DNA of 64,000 bases, taken from contig OZ037773.1 of NCBI GenBank assembly GCA_964035545.1, positions 10,073,751 to 10,137,750 on the forward strand, in the 5' to 3' direction. The notes under the pieces are model-generated. The model did not search any database, was not told the origin of the DNA, and saw only the letters and a list, made by a program, of their open reading frames with translations. Below, piece after piece: positions 1 to 13,919 of this stretch. The DNA comes from Bugula neritina. Taxonomy: Eukaryota; Animalia; Bryozoa. The translations under genes were made by a program, and so were the position numbers. Within the stretch, counting starts at the first letter, position 1, and every line of letters starts with the position of its first letter.

Positions 1-1585
1 GATATTCACTGCAAGTCATCTATTGCTTATCTTTGATGATATATGGTAAATGCCCTCATAAAGCATCATTAAAGTAACACAGTAGTGTGAGGCAATGTAC
101 GCAAAGCTTTTTAATTTTATATTATATTCCAGTCATCCTAGCTTCCAACTCTATAGCATATGTCAAAATAATGTCAATCTTATATTGCTAGATGGAAATG
201 GAAAACTGTGTAATAATATGGGCATGTTATATAAGATGAACAATGATCTTATAGGAAACATGATGACGAATGTGCAGCTGTGTGAAGTACTTTGACTATC
301 ACAGAGATGTCTTTATAATTTAAACAACCCACTGTGAGGGGTCAAGGAGGGTTTCATTACTATATATCTAAGTCATCTCTGTCAATGAATTTGTAATTGG
401 AATCATTTCAATATATTGTTAATGTAATTCAAGCTAAATTCATGAATAATGTTTTGCTTACCAGATTCATGCTATATATGTGGGTGAATGTTATATATTC
501 TTTAGCGGTTAGAAAAACATTAAAAAGCTGGTTTTATATATTATCAAAATGAAGATAGCCAAATTCAAAAGCAATTGATGTATAAGTGTGTTTTCTTTTT
601 GCAGCCAAATTAAAGCATGATTTACTGTATAGTTTAATGTAGATCTAAATTTTCATTACATATTAGACTGCTCTAATATTAATTTGATTACTACTTCTTG
701 AAATCTCTATTTGTTTTAGTTCAGCATTTGTCAAAGCTGTGTGCGTATTTTAAAAGCAATACATTGAAGGTAATAGCTTTCTATTGATTTCCTTGGAATG
801 AATTCAAAATTCAATCAAATAAAAAGTCAACTTTCTAGATATTTGTAGGTATAAAGTAGAAAAGCAGTCGCAGGGTGTATGTTAGAGATGAGATAAAGAT
901 ATTATCCAGTGCAGAAATGATTAGTTGCTGAGAGAAGTAAAATCTGCTCAAAACATGGATTATATAAATATATGAGCTGAGTATTGGGAAAAATGAAGTA
1001 CATATAACAGGAGTTTCGAAATGATAGCATCAAAGCTGATGGTTACTTTAATTGTAATTTGCAATAATTAAGTTGAAGATAACTAATTAATATTCTCAAT
1101 GTGAAAAACCTTCTGATCCTTATAATAACGTGAAGAGACACGCAGAAATATAATAAACCCAAAGAGATGCCAACTTTGCAATAGCATGGAAATAGAGTTT
1201 AGTTTAAATTAAAAATAACAATAAAAATATAATATTGGTAGCTTTTACGACTAAATTTTATTGAATTAAGAACCTCAACTCCATAACAAGTATTTCAGGT
1301 TAAAAGCAGTTTGAAAGTTTATCAAAATTCTTCACATCATACCAGAGCCAGTGGTTGGCCGACTTAAAGCTAAAGAGAGGTATAGTAGATAATTCTAATC
1401 ACTCATTAAGCATTGCAGTGAGTATGTCTAAAGTGACTATATAGTATGTTGAAGTACGAAGCATGCTGAGCCCAGGCATACTTTCTCTATGTAATTTATA
1501 AAGCTCAAAGAAGTTGACAACTCCACAAATGTCTAGCTGGCTGTATATTACATTATATATTATGAAACTTTACATAGAAACTACT

Positions 1586-1765
1586 AACTAGCAACTTTCA
1601 ACTAGCAACTATAGCAATTATAGCAACTAGCAACTGTCATATATGTAGCAACTATAGCATCTGTAAGCTATAATAGCAACTTGTATAACTATATATAGAA
1701 ACTGTCAAATAGCAACTGTCAACTATAGCAACTATCAATTTAATAGCAACTGTCAAATAGCAAAC
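1586..1765. repeat. Degenerate minisatellite of TAGCAACT(A)-type units
   Basis: More than 10 imperfect TAGCAAC(T) units. Confidence 0.8.
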
Positions 1766-2313
1766 ATATGTATAGTCAATTGCTTTCTTATATATAATAG
1801 TATAGCTACAGTGTCAACAGTTTGTAGCAAAAGTTGCTCAAATATTTCACTAGATCATCAAAAAAGGGAAAATAAAATAATACATTTTAGCGAACATTAT
1901 TAGGCAAGAATTTTTAACTAAAGTATATCATGGCCACTGCAGATAAGCACCGTCATAAGTTTCAAGCAGTAAGTAAGTTAGAGCTCCTAAAGCACTCAGT
2001 GAGATGGTGTTTGTTGCTCACACACTAAATTCTCACTAGACTAAAGTAGTGTTTACTCTTACAGCTATAATTATCAGTTGCTAGCTGCATGCATCACTTT
2101 CTACTCTGAGGAGGTGGGCTGATAGTTATATCACATATATATAATTATAGAACTGTTACCTTGAATCTCTCTTATACTGTAGTTATAGGTATGAATTGAA
2201 GCTCAATATATGCTTTTTTTTTACTTTAGCCATTAACCTTACTTTAACAATTTATATAGTAGACATTTATTCAGTAAAATATATATAAAATATTTATGTA
2301 ATAAACTATAATA

Positions 2314-2525
2314 ACTCACGCAAGTTTATAGTCACTATCCCTGTGAGAAACCCTGATAGAAAGGGTTTTTGTTAAAGCGGGCAAAGGACTTATTTAAATG
2401 AGGCACAGGAGCAATTATGACTGAATGCTCTTCCTAACAACACCAATGGCCTATGTCAGGGCTCGAACCCATGACCTTCGGGTTTACTAGGCAAACGCTC
2501 TAACCCCTAGACCACGGCTGTTCCC
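2314..2525 (-). mobile_element. tRNA-derived SINE, full length, with 19-bp target-site duplication
   Basis: Head GGGAACAGCCGTGGTCTAGGGGTTAGAGCG..CTAGTAA..GGTTCGAGCCC carries Pol III A and B boxes. TSD TATGTAATAAACTATAATA at 2295-2313 and 2526-2544. Confidence 0.9.
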
Positions 2526-2815
2526 TATGTAATAAACTATAATACGCCATAAAAATTCTCTGATATTAATTTATATTAAACATAAATTAGACAAAATCCA
2601 ATTTTAATATTAATAAAAAATTACATCAGTTATTAAAAAAGTTATATACCCAAAAAATATAAAAAAGTCTGTGGTTAAATTTGGATCAGTATCAAGCAAT
2701 ATTTCAGTTATTGATAGATTAGGTGAAGTAAAATGTTTGGCCAGTTGCGTATAACCATATTGATAGTTATTATATTAACTGAAACTATTTCAACAAATAT
2801 GCTTGCATAAAAATT

Positions 2816-4190
2816 TTATAAAGTCTCACAAGCAAAATAATATTGGCTGCTACAGCTAACATCATGCCAATGGTGATCCGTAAAACTCGAGACACATAGT
2901 TCAGTTGGCCCATCATCTGGTTGAGTCTTTTCCCAATTTCCATACACAATCTTAGACCTGATTCTTCCATCCCACATCCAGTCTTCACCAATTTTACGAG
3001 CTGCAAGATGAACTTGTTCACCTTTGAAACTTCTCCACGCTAAAACAAGTCTTTTCTCAGTGTAGCATACATATCCAATATGTTATCAACTAAAAGATGC
3101 TTAAACTTTTCAACATACATGTAGTTTGACTGACATACCTATATAATATATAGTTGCATTAAAATTTCTTTCATTTTTAGTCACCAATAATGTGCGTAAA
3201 CTATCTGATTTTGTAACTTTTACTTGATCACTACTACAACCAAGAAAAATTTATTTGCACCATTCTTTTGCAAAAACACCTTTCCAGCAATGACATAAAT
3301 AATCATACACAGAATGTTTGGATGTTCTGTGAGAATCGATAAGCTCTTACCAGAATCAGATCTCCTGGCAGAACTGAACCAGTTTACAGACTCCAAAGTG
3401 TCCAAAACCAACAGATCTTCTCCAGCTGTTCTGCAGATCTCTCTAGCTATTGTCCAGTTAACATACGTATCAACAATTCTAACACAGTTATCAGCTCCAG
3501 GGTTATAAAGATAACCACTGAAACATAGCGTTTTGCCTTCTACAATCATAAATATAATTAAATCAAATGCAACTTAACATTTATAAGAATTTTGTAATTT
3601 ATAATCAACTAAAAGTCAACGGCTAAACTAGTTTTGATCATACAAAAGGAATTAGTACAATCATTCATGTTATTTAGTTCATGCAATTTCACTCTTTGCA
3701 ATTATTAAAGAGTAATTGGTCAGTCTACATATTATGTACAGTTCACGATTTTATTGTTTATGACATGTAAGTTTTGGGCATCAAAACTCATATATTGACA
3801 AATTTTACAAGAAATTCTAGAGAAATTAAAAATGAATATAGTAAAGAAAAGTTCTATTTATACAGCTCTATAAGTTCTGGGTTAAGCTGGAAAAGTGGGG
3901 TCTCTTTTTAATACCCAATATTTGCTACTACAATTAAATACCTTGACAAAAAGATTATAAAAAATAATATTTCTGATTACTATTTTGTTGAAGACATTTA
4001 TGAAATTCTTGAGGATGGTTGTTTTTTACTAAAGATTTTGTAAATTAAATCATCCCATCAAACCTTGACTTTGGTTAGATGGTTAACTTTCATATAAGAT
4101 TTTTTGGTACTTACGGCATAATTGATCTGCTCCAAATATACTTGTAAAGACGAGCAAAACTGCTAAACACAGATTCAGTTTGTTTATCAT
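2816..4190 (-). CDS. Secreted single-domain C-type lectin, copy CTL1 (QPD...WHD), about 162 aa, most divergent paralog
   Basis: Exons 4190-4115 (signal peptide MINKLNLCLAVLLVFTSIFGADQLC), 3539-3351 (GKTLCFSGYLYNPGADNCVRIV..W..AREIC..LLVLDT..E), 3039-2816 (..WEKTQPDDGPTELCVSSFTDHHWHDVSCSSQYYFACETL*). Both introns are GT-AG, phase 1. TATAAAA lies at about 4252-4258. Confidence 0.9.
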
Positions 4191-5989
4191 TTTGATGTTC
4201 ACTGAAGTTTCTAGCAAATAGAAATGCATTGCAGATTGGTCGCATTTGATGTTTTATATCTAAAGGCAAGAAGCTACCACTTCTTATTGGTTGGCATAGA
4301 CTTTTTTGAATATTTAGTATATTGTGTAGCGTAAAAGTCTGGTTTTCATTTACTAAATGAATGTCTAAAAAAAGAGGTAGAACAGTTATAATGTTTGCTG
4401 TATAATGTATGCTGTACACATGCATTGGCTTAATTTAACAAAAAAACATTTTAATTTTTTTGAGTTGTTGTGCATATTATGCAGTGCAAAATTTGGAAAA
4501 ACTTTTTTTGACAGTTGCCAAGTCTCCATGTTTTGCATTATGTAATTGCATTTTTCATTTGATGCATGGACACAGTTTCAATTTAATGAAATCACGACCC
4601 ATATGGCAGAAGATCTTCATTGAATGATTGATTTAGAGAAAAATAGCCATTAATTAAATTAATTAAATTTGCATGAATGCTTTATTTTGTCGCATTGCAG
4701 AGATAAAAGTTGCGGCACTGATATAGTTACGTAGCTACAAAATGTAAACAATAACTATAAGCATCTTCTATTTAAAAACTGCATTTTAGTTTATAAGAAA
4801 ATCAATAAAATTGCTTTACTTACTTTGGCTGCTATTATTTCAAATAATTATTAGTCATTTTTATTCTATATACTTTGTATAATATCGCAAAGCGTTACAA
4901 GACTTAAAAGAATTCACTTCTGAATTACTATACGTGTATAAATACATAATGAGTAATTTTTTTACAAATGCATTTAGCATTATAGATTATAGATATATGA
5001 GGTCTTCTTTCCTTTTTTATGTTTAACTCTTACTGATCTCTATTTCACAAATTATACCTTTAAAATATCCCACCAACTTGCTGAAACATGGTGCTGAGGT
5101 TTGCCTGCTTCCTTGAGACTTTCAGTGAGATGACTGCTGTGACAGGTTGATGTAACTATAAATTATTATATCTGCATGCTCCGTCACGGTATATGTAGAC
5201 TACACCGTATCTACAAAATTCAAGAAAGAATGTGGAATACACATTCTAAAAGCAATGAACTTGTTACTTGAGTACAGCTGAAATTGAAATATGCAAATGA
5301 TACTATATGGAAATTGCTTTAAACAATATATTAAACGTATGATTTACAGCTCTTTGAATAATGCAAATAAAATATGCTTATTGTGGTATAGGGGTAATCC
5401 TACGTAAATGTTTTTGTTCAGGTTTCCGGATTTGTAATTTTAACCTCTTCTTACATGAACATTAATTGGTAAACAATCATGAATGAAGCTGGGACGTATT
5501 TCTTTATTTAGTCATACTAACATATAGATGACATTTAACGTTAATCATATACTTGGTGAATTATACAGATTTAATATAACCTGGCGTTTAATTCACCTAT
5601 AAAACCTAATATCTACAAAGTCAACACGTGAACAACAACTAATACATGTTATTATATATTATATAATCTTGTTATAAAAACATATATTCCAAAATATGGG
5701 ACATATGGTAGCAATGACGCTGGTATAACTTATAATCCTTAAAGATCCTTATGTGGTCAAAGTCAAGAAGTTCTCATCAACAACTCCTTTCCTATAGTAC
5801 ATCATTTAACCTGAAGCTGTGGGCCAACCAGCAACTTGCTTAGTTGATCAAAGCCAACAAATTCTTTCACTCTTTTCAAAACTAAAAGCTGCGGGTCAAC
5901 TAGCAACTTACTTGATTCATCAATCAAATTAGAATTATTGCTAATACCTTGGAAATCCAAAACACCTTGACTATGAAATTAAGGCAGCA

Positions 5990-6110
5990 CAGAGTCAGCA
6001 ATAGTGAGTGTCAGTCAGCGTCAGTGTGTGTGTCAGTCAGTGTGTCAGTCAGCCTCAGTGTGAGTGTCAGGCAGAGTGAGTGTGAGTGTCAGTCAGCGTC
6101 AGTTAGCGTG
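5990..6110. repeat. Low-complexity (GTGTCA/GTCA/GTGA) repeat
   Basis: Repeated GTGAGTGTCAGTCAG variants. Confidence 0.7.
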
Positions 6111-7353
6111 GTCAGAGTAGGCTAGCGAGAGTTATGGAAGGTGAGTGTAGGTTAGCGGCTAGAGGAGTTGGCGAATGTCAACGATCAGAGGAGTTGCATT
6201 GTGTTAAATTTTTGTGTGACGTAATTTAGAATATTATATTAAGTTTAATCAACTTCAGACTCAGGAGTTTTATTGTAAGTAATTTGATCTATTTTTTTGT
6301 GATGTACTAATATTTTTTATCATTATTTGTCTTGTTATTGTATAATTTGTACTTGGAGAAACTGTCATTCAATTGAAAATTTATTTTGAAGTTACATAAA
6401 TTACACTTGAAGGAATATTGTTAAAATTGGGAATTTATTTGAGTTGCATAAGTTGTGTTTGAGGAAACTATCTTGGAATTGTTTGATCTTTAAAGTTACA
6501 CTAAATTTATGTTTAACAGGCTTATCAATTTTAGTTGCCAGTATATTATACGCAGCGGGATTTCAAAGGGTCGCTAGGATATAAGATATATTTATTTTAT
6601 TTCTTTTGGGTTTGGTTATTATAATAATTTCACTTGTCTTATAATTTTGTTTTCATATTATTATCAAATAGATATTATAAAACGTATACAAAATGCATAG
6701 TTTCATTTATTTCCGGAGAGGCAGGTCCTAAATTTGTCTCATGGAATTTATAACCTGAGTCCTACCATTACACAATGCACATAGAACCACGCATATTGTT
6801 TATACATGAATAATATTGTCAAACCAAATCATAAATAAAAATTTGTCGAGCGAAGATAACTCCTCTTTTTATTCTACAATTTCTGAATTGCACACATTAG
6901 TGTTGAAAACAAAATTAGCAAGTGATAGCTAAATTGTTAATTGTCTCCCTTTGATCAATTATTAGGTGACAATTTATTTTAATAAATAGTTTAATATAAA
7001 TATATATATAAAGTTTTAAGATTTTAATTTATTTTATTTTTTGTTCAACAGAAGCAAAATCATACCAGTTACAAAATTAACGCTGTGAGTTTAAACCTGC
7101 TGTGGTTTATAGCAAAAACTTGAGACCGTTGAAACTCGTAAATTAAGCTCTTTCAAATGTAAAAATAAAACATGTATTATATACTACAATATATTGGTAT
7201 AAGCATAACTATAGTCCATTATTGCATAGTGTTGTTAAGATTCTAATAATAGAAAGATAAACAATGTAAAGTAGTAATAAAGTGTACAAATACATAGCTG
7301 GCTTACTAAACGGCGACTTTCTTTCTCAGCACTTGGTATGATATATGCGGTTA

Positions 7354-7686
7354 GCCTAGGGCCACACGGCGCGTATTTTCGCATGCGGAAATTGAAATCA
7401 CAAATTATAGCAAAGGTGTTCACTGTGCGCGTTGAGAAAACATTCGCACTTGTCGCTCTGCATTTTCAACGCAAGTGCGAATCGTCTCTGTCGTCGTCAC
7501 CTAATTGGCTGGTAGTTATTCAGCGAGCCCAATTTCGTTATTTTAGTGCTACATTCCAGTAAACTGCGTGTGCGATTTAAAAATGAAAGCTTTGTTTATC
7601 ACGCATCACTGACGCTACAGTGGACACCTTTGCTACTTGTGGTTTCAATTTTCGCATGCGAAAATACGCACAGTGTGGCCCTAGGC
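7354..7686. mobile_element. MITE, PIF/Harbinger-like
   Basis: About 70-bp imperfect TIRs (GCCTAGGGCCACAC...GTGTGGCCCTAGGC), TTA TSD at 7351-7353 and 7687-7689, no coding capacity. Confidence 0.88.
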
Positions 7687-8459
7687 TTACTGAAGACAAG
7701 TGCGTATAATTCTCTATAAATAACTCATTGAGATATGCTATGCTATGCAGCGTAAAACTTGTAGAGATCTTTAAGACAGTCGTCCTTAGTAGCTGCTGAT
7801 ATTAATCTCTTTATACTCTGCATTCCTTACCATGAAGAAGTTGAATAAAGTGAATATAGATAGATTGAAAGATATGGGAGGAATCTTACGTCAATAGATT
7901 GATAACAATAACACGATTACACAATATAGTTTAACTCTGAATCAAGCATTACTTTTAGGTATTTTATTTCAATCACTAGACTTATTTTACAAAGTATAAA
8001 ACATTATATAATGTTAATAGATAGGCTGCAGGAGCACATAGTATAAGTTTCCCTACTGCTCAGAAAATATACCCAGAGATACAAAAGTTAAGAAGATCTG
8101 TTAAATAAAAGGAAATTAGAAAACTGGCCAGAAACTATAACCTTATGAAAATGGCAAGGTTTACTATTGAAATGATGACCAGGTAGTATTTCATGAGAAT
8201 AAAAAAAATTTAAGATGAACACTGTGAGTGTAAACCTGCAGTATAAACTCCACCATAGCAAAGGCCATTAGTTGACTGAGAGCTAAAGAAATTGTATAAA
8301 TACCTCCAATTTCACAAGGTACTGCAGTCAGCATGTCTGTCAAGTCTCTGGGTATGTTAGAGTTGACTATTTGTTTATTCAATTTGAGACTCTTCCAGTT
8401 GGCAATAACACACTGCTTCATTGTTTAGTATACCAATACTGTATTCATTACTGGATAGG

Positions 8460-8464
<5 letters not shown>

Positions 8465-8525
<61 letters not shown>

Positions 8526-8532
8526 TGTATGT

Positions 8533-8622
<90 letters not shown>
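8465..8622. repeat. (TA)n microsatellite
   Basis: Direct observation. Confidence 0.97.
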
Positions 8623-8628
<6 letters not shown>

Positions 8629-9655
8629 TAAAAGATTGTAATTAATTTGGCAATCCGCCTCTTATAGTTGCATACGAGAAGTTTTTTGAGAATTTTCAAA
8701 CTGATGCATCTGTAGTACATAAAACTATGCTATAAATTGAATCAGGTTATACATGTGCATAATACATTCTTTGTTGCATTTCTATGTTTAAATATTATTT
8801 AAAATTTTATCGCCAGATCATAGATGGGTTATCGCAATTATATTTGTCTATTATACTAGATGTCTATGTCACAGCATTACATAACTGGTTGTTAGAAAAA
8901 CTTGGCAATATAATAGCATACTATGTGACGTCTCTGTGAGTTTTCAGACATGCGCATGCATGTACTTAACTTAGTTGTGTTAAATTACAAGTTAATGCAA
9001 ACTTGGTCTTCGTTCACATGTCAATTTGTAATATAAAATTGCAAATTTAAATTTGTTAACTTCTTATTCTGATAATGTTATTTTAGAACATCATGTAGTA
9101 TGACAATATGCTGGTTATAGCATGTATGCTGTATTATATATAGACAGCTTGGAATTTTATATAGCATGTATGCTGTATTATATATAGACAGCTTGGAGTT
9201 TTAAGCTAGAAATGCTGCAGTGGGAACATATACATATTACAGTATATAAAGTGCACATTAGTGTTATATAATATTATACCACTTCTAATATCGAATTCTA
9301 ATGAAATTTATTTTAAACATATAGATAAGCCAAGACTATAATTTTCTATATTTTATGGTTTAGGCTCTTCAATGGTCATATATAGTGAGCTGTAACTTTA
9401 AACTCTGCTGATGAAAATCATTCCTACTATTGCGTAACCTTTGATAATTAAAAGATACTTGAGAAGTTCTATTTTAATAACTGAGTATATTATAATTCCT
9501 AAGATTTCATGTATAAGTAATAGGCAATAGCCTTTAAGAGCAAAATAGAGTTTTATGTTATCAAAATAATCATATAAAATTAGTTGGTTACAGTTTCATA
9601 TAATAGATTAGAGAGAAAGCTCAAAGTTAGAAAAATGTTTGTAACAATTTCATAT

Positions 9656-11498
9656 TTATGCTGAATACTCGCAAGCAGTAAGAATGATATGAGTGTGAGA
9701 ACAGATGATGTCATGCCACTTATGGTCTGTCCAGTGTGCCAAACAGTTTTCATGAGCGTGTCTTGGCTCTCCTCGCTGCCAATCACCAACCACAATAGGA
9801 TCTTTAATTCTGCCAACCCATTTCCAAACACCAGTTACTTCCACACCACCAAGATGAACAGCAACCCCTCTAAAGCCATTCCATGCTAAAAGCAATTAAA
9901 TAGACCAAGTAAAGGGTTGAAAATGCTAACTCATACTGCTTTAATAAATATGAATGTGTTGAAGCAAACTTCTATGTAAATCTCTTAATATATTCGAAAT
10001 AATTATTCTATCAGAAAGCTTCAATCAGAACCAATTCCTTACTCTACTGGCTTAATATAGTATAGGCCCCATGTGCTTCTTGTCTGCACACTAGCTCATT
10101 AAAGTAGCATAATAATTTTTAGGTGTATAAATCAATCTATTACATAAGGCTATATTTTAGTGGACATCAGCAACGTATTTCTTCTTTATATTAAGCTGGT
10201 TTACAAAGCCATACAGCATACCCATATAAAATTTTTTTTCTTTTAGTCAACAAATCTTCTATATGATTTTTAAATAATATATTAAAAATATTTTGTGTAT
10301 TTTAGAATAAAAAAGTTACTGTTAACAAGAATGTACTTTAAAATAATTGTAAATACTTAAAGACTAATGAAGTTACTATTATAAGTTAGTATTAACTTCT
10401 TTTTCTCTTTTTCATTATTTATACCCATTTTGTTTTTATATCATGAATCAAAATATTTTCACATACCAAAATTTGTGATGAGCAAATTTTGCATACTTTC
10501 CAACAGTATTGAAGCACTATATAGTAAATAAATGTTAAAACTAAAACTTTCTTTATAGTTACTCATAATATACCTTAAATCGGTGTCCGATAAAAATGGC
10601 GCCAGTAACAATGGCACAGGTAATAATAGCACAATAGTGGCGAGGTTGGTAAAAAAGGCACATTTTCAACATTAGGGGTTGAGGGTTTGGAATGGGGGGT
10701 TAGGTTTGGGGATTTAAGTTTGGGGTTTAAGGGTTGGAGGTTTGGGTTTGGGGTTTGGGGAAATTTAACATCAGTGTGCCATTTTTACCGACTTTTTCAT
10801 TTGTGCTATTTTCACCTAAAATCCCTTAAATCCGGTCAAGAAGAAGGCTTGAGAGATTCCCTTACAAAATTTCAACAGTGAATATTATCAAAGAACTGCT
10901 GCACTCTACACATTAAACCACAGGATGCAGTCTACTGTCCTATTTAGCATAACTTGATAAGTGAAAATACTGAGCAGGAATTTCATTGCAATGCTCAGCT
11001 ATAGAATATTCCTTACCTGCATGAGTCTCTCTCATATTGTTGAACCAGAATAATTCCTCTACTTTTTCCAAGACTAGCATGGTCTCTCCAGCTTTTTCAC
11101 ACCACTGTTTAGCTTGGTTCCACGTTTGCTTTCTGTTTACAATTCTCACACAAGTAGTAGAGAAGGGGTTGTAAAGGTACCCAGGTTTGCATTCAACTCT
11201 CGGTGCTAATAAATAAACAAAACAAAATTTTAAATTTCAGCTTTTTGAGAAAAAAAATGGAATTGAAGCTAATTTTTTTCAAGGTTGTTACAGAGATAAT
11301 AGATATTATTCTGAGGATAAAATCATTCACACTAAACTTGTTAGGTTTTTATGAATAGTCAACAAAAAAATACACTTCTAAGAATATGCACAGTTATGTG
11401 AGGCATATTGCTGCAGGATACTTACAGCACTGCTGACTAGCTAAACAATAGTCAGCAAACACGACAAGCAGCAGAGAGATAAGATGAGCAGACTTCAT
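9656..11498 (-). CDS. Secreted C-type lectin CTL2 (EPR...WHD), about 163 aa
   Basis: Exons 11498-11426 ([24 protein letters not shown]), 11205-11017, 9885-9656 (..[41 protein letters not shown]). Canonical splice sites and a CTLD cysteine pattern. Confidence 0.92.
10582..10823. mobile_element. Non-autonomous DNA element with 9-bp TSD and G-rich telomere-like core, in CTL2 intron 2
   Basis: CCTTAAATC duplicated at 10573-10581 and 10824-10832. Sub-terminal inverted repeats GGTAAAAAAGGCACA / TGTGCCATTTTTACC. Core of GGG(G)TT(T/A) repeats. Confidence 0.75.
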
Positions 11499-13919
11499 GT
11501 CACAACCGAGTTATTGAGAGACCAAAACTAAACTAACAATTCCTGATGTTCATGAGACAAGCGATTAATATGCACCTCTTTAGCTGGTCACCGAACGTCC
11601 TTGATTACTTGTATTGATAAAACTTATTTCATATGGATTTGATCTCATTAAAAAAGCAACAATACAAATTTGCCTATGACTTCATTCTAGGTATTTCTAT
11701 GGTTATTTCAAAACTATGTTGTTTTTAATTAGGAAGGGAACTGATATTTTCAGTTTTTTCTATAAAAATAATATGATAAATTGAAACCATTGAAATGCCT
11801 CTACTAGCTAGATTGTTTTCTGTAGCACCACTAGTTGCAAAGTTTCTAAATTAGCTCAGTTGGATTATAATTATAATACTTGGACCTCCAGTTTGCAGAA
11901 ATATTGAGATGATATGGAAATTACAGCATGTATCTCGGTTACAGTTATTGCTCTGTCATTTGCCGTTCTGTTAATATTCTGAGCAGTTCATAGCAGACTG
12001 GTTTTGCTCTATTCTCCTTCATTCAGGTATTGTGATTTATTTACCACCTTTAAATTATTCAGTAAGATTGATGTTATATAATTTGGATTCATTTAAAGCA
12101 CTTTTGATTTGATGCATCAATTATAATTTAATCGGGTATTAAGAAAACTATGTGAATTACACCTTGTATCACAGACTGCTTTGAATTGTTTGTAAAGATT
12201 TTATTGACTTATATAAGCCTCTCTTAAGTTTAAAGCTTATTCAATAGACAAAGATTTGTTCAAGTATCTTTGCCCATGATTCCAATTTAGTTTGTATTAA
12301 TGCAACTCTAATAATTATATTATTTTCAATGGAGATATTGAAAGGATAAAATGGTATTATGTTATGCTGTGTGATTAAGTGCCTGCACAATGTGAGAATT
12401 ATAATACCTAGAGCATCTTCAAGTTTAAAACTTGAAAGAAACAAATTTTATGCATGAAATTACTTAAATAATAGCTTCATCAAATTACATTACGAACATT
12501 TTGAAATGAATTGGTTGAAGGCACCTTTTGCCATAAACACATTTTCAAATGAGAAATTGCCATAAGTTTCAGTAATATTATATGTCAATTACATGATAAA
12601 CCCTTTGCAAGCATACACTTGTGTAAATGTTACCATGGAATGTCATTGGTAGACTGAGAGCTGGATATATAAAACATTGTATGTATCTCGGACTACATAA
12701 AGTGCTGCAGTGAGCACGTCTATTGTGATTTTCAACTGAACATTCAAGTTTCTTGGTATATTTAAATTTGACTATCTGTTTATTCAACTTGAGTTTCTCT
12801 CAGCTGCAAATAGCACACTGCTTCAGTGTTTTGAGTATACTATTGCAGTGTGTCTCTCTTAACTTGTTCTAGAATGAAATTATCACAGAGTTTTAACTTC
12901 TGCTAAATAGAGCTCAAATTGCAGCATTAGGTACATTATTTACTGGTGTTTTTGCAAAATGATTTTTATTTTATCACAACATCATAAATAGGTTAGCACA
13001 AATAACTTTATGTACTACACGTTGATGTCACAGCATTACGTAACTGGTTGCTTGAAAAACTTGGCAATTAAGTTGTTGATAGCATACTATGTGACGTCTC
13101 TGTGAGTTTTCAGACATGCGCATGCATGTACCTAACTTCATTGTGTTAAATTACAAAGTGGCTAATTCAAACTTGGTCTCTTTCACATGTCAGTTTGTAA
13201 TATAAAATTGCAGATTTTAATTTTGTAAACTTATTATTCTGATAATGTTATTTTAGATGCATCATGTACTATGACAATATACTGATTTTATAGCATGTAT
13301 GTTGTATTATATATAGACAGCTTGGAAGTTTACGCAAGAAATGCTGCAATAGACACATGAATATTACCGGTTATTATAAGTTTGAGATTTATGTAGGAGT
13401 TTTATGTTACAGTTTGTTGTAACAGATAACTTATTTACTCTGTGGTGTTAACTATAATGTATTTACTGTAGTAACTATAATATATGGAAAGTGTACATTA
13501 GTGTTATATATTATATCACTTCTAACTTTGAATAGTAAGGAAATTTATTTTAACTAGGTGAACCAAGATTATGATTTTCTATATATTATATGTTTTAAGC
13601 TCTTCAATGGTGGTATAGTGAGCTGTAACTAATCTAAACTCTGTTGATGAAAAATCATTCCTACTATTGTGTAACCTTCAATACTTAGAAGATATTCAAT
13701 TACTTTGATAATAGTTCATATTTATTTATTATTTATTATTAATATTTATTATTTCATTTATAAGTAATAAAACCTATATTATTATAACCAATAGCCTTTA
13801 AGAGCAAAATAAAGTTTTATGTTATCAAAATATTTATATAAAATTGGTTGGTTACAGTTTCATATAATAGGTTATAGAGAAAGCTCAAAATTAGAAAAAT
13901 GTTTCTAACAATGTTATAT

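Noticed and set aside
95-295. Possible decayed lectin-like terminal exon (ENCV..W / ND..LCEV)
   Set aside because: It needs a frameshift and the similarity is too weak to support.
2455-2525. tRNA gene
   Set aside because: It is the head of a SINE, with a shared body, TSDs and three copies, and has no complete acceptor stem.
5058-5210. AG...GT-bounded exon-like segment on the minus strand
   Set aside because: Stops occur in all three frames and no homology is recognisable.
5670-6775. Possible solo LTR (short direct repeats, GTCA-rich tract)
   Set aside because: No convincing TG...CA ends with a TSD, and no second copy in the window.
8371-8720. YIYIYI-type ORFs here and at 19755-20117 and 63316-63624
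   Set aside because: They are translations of (TA)n microsatellites.
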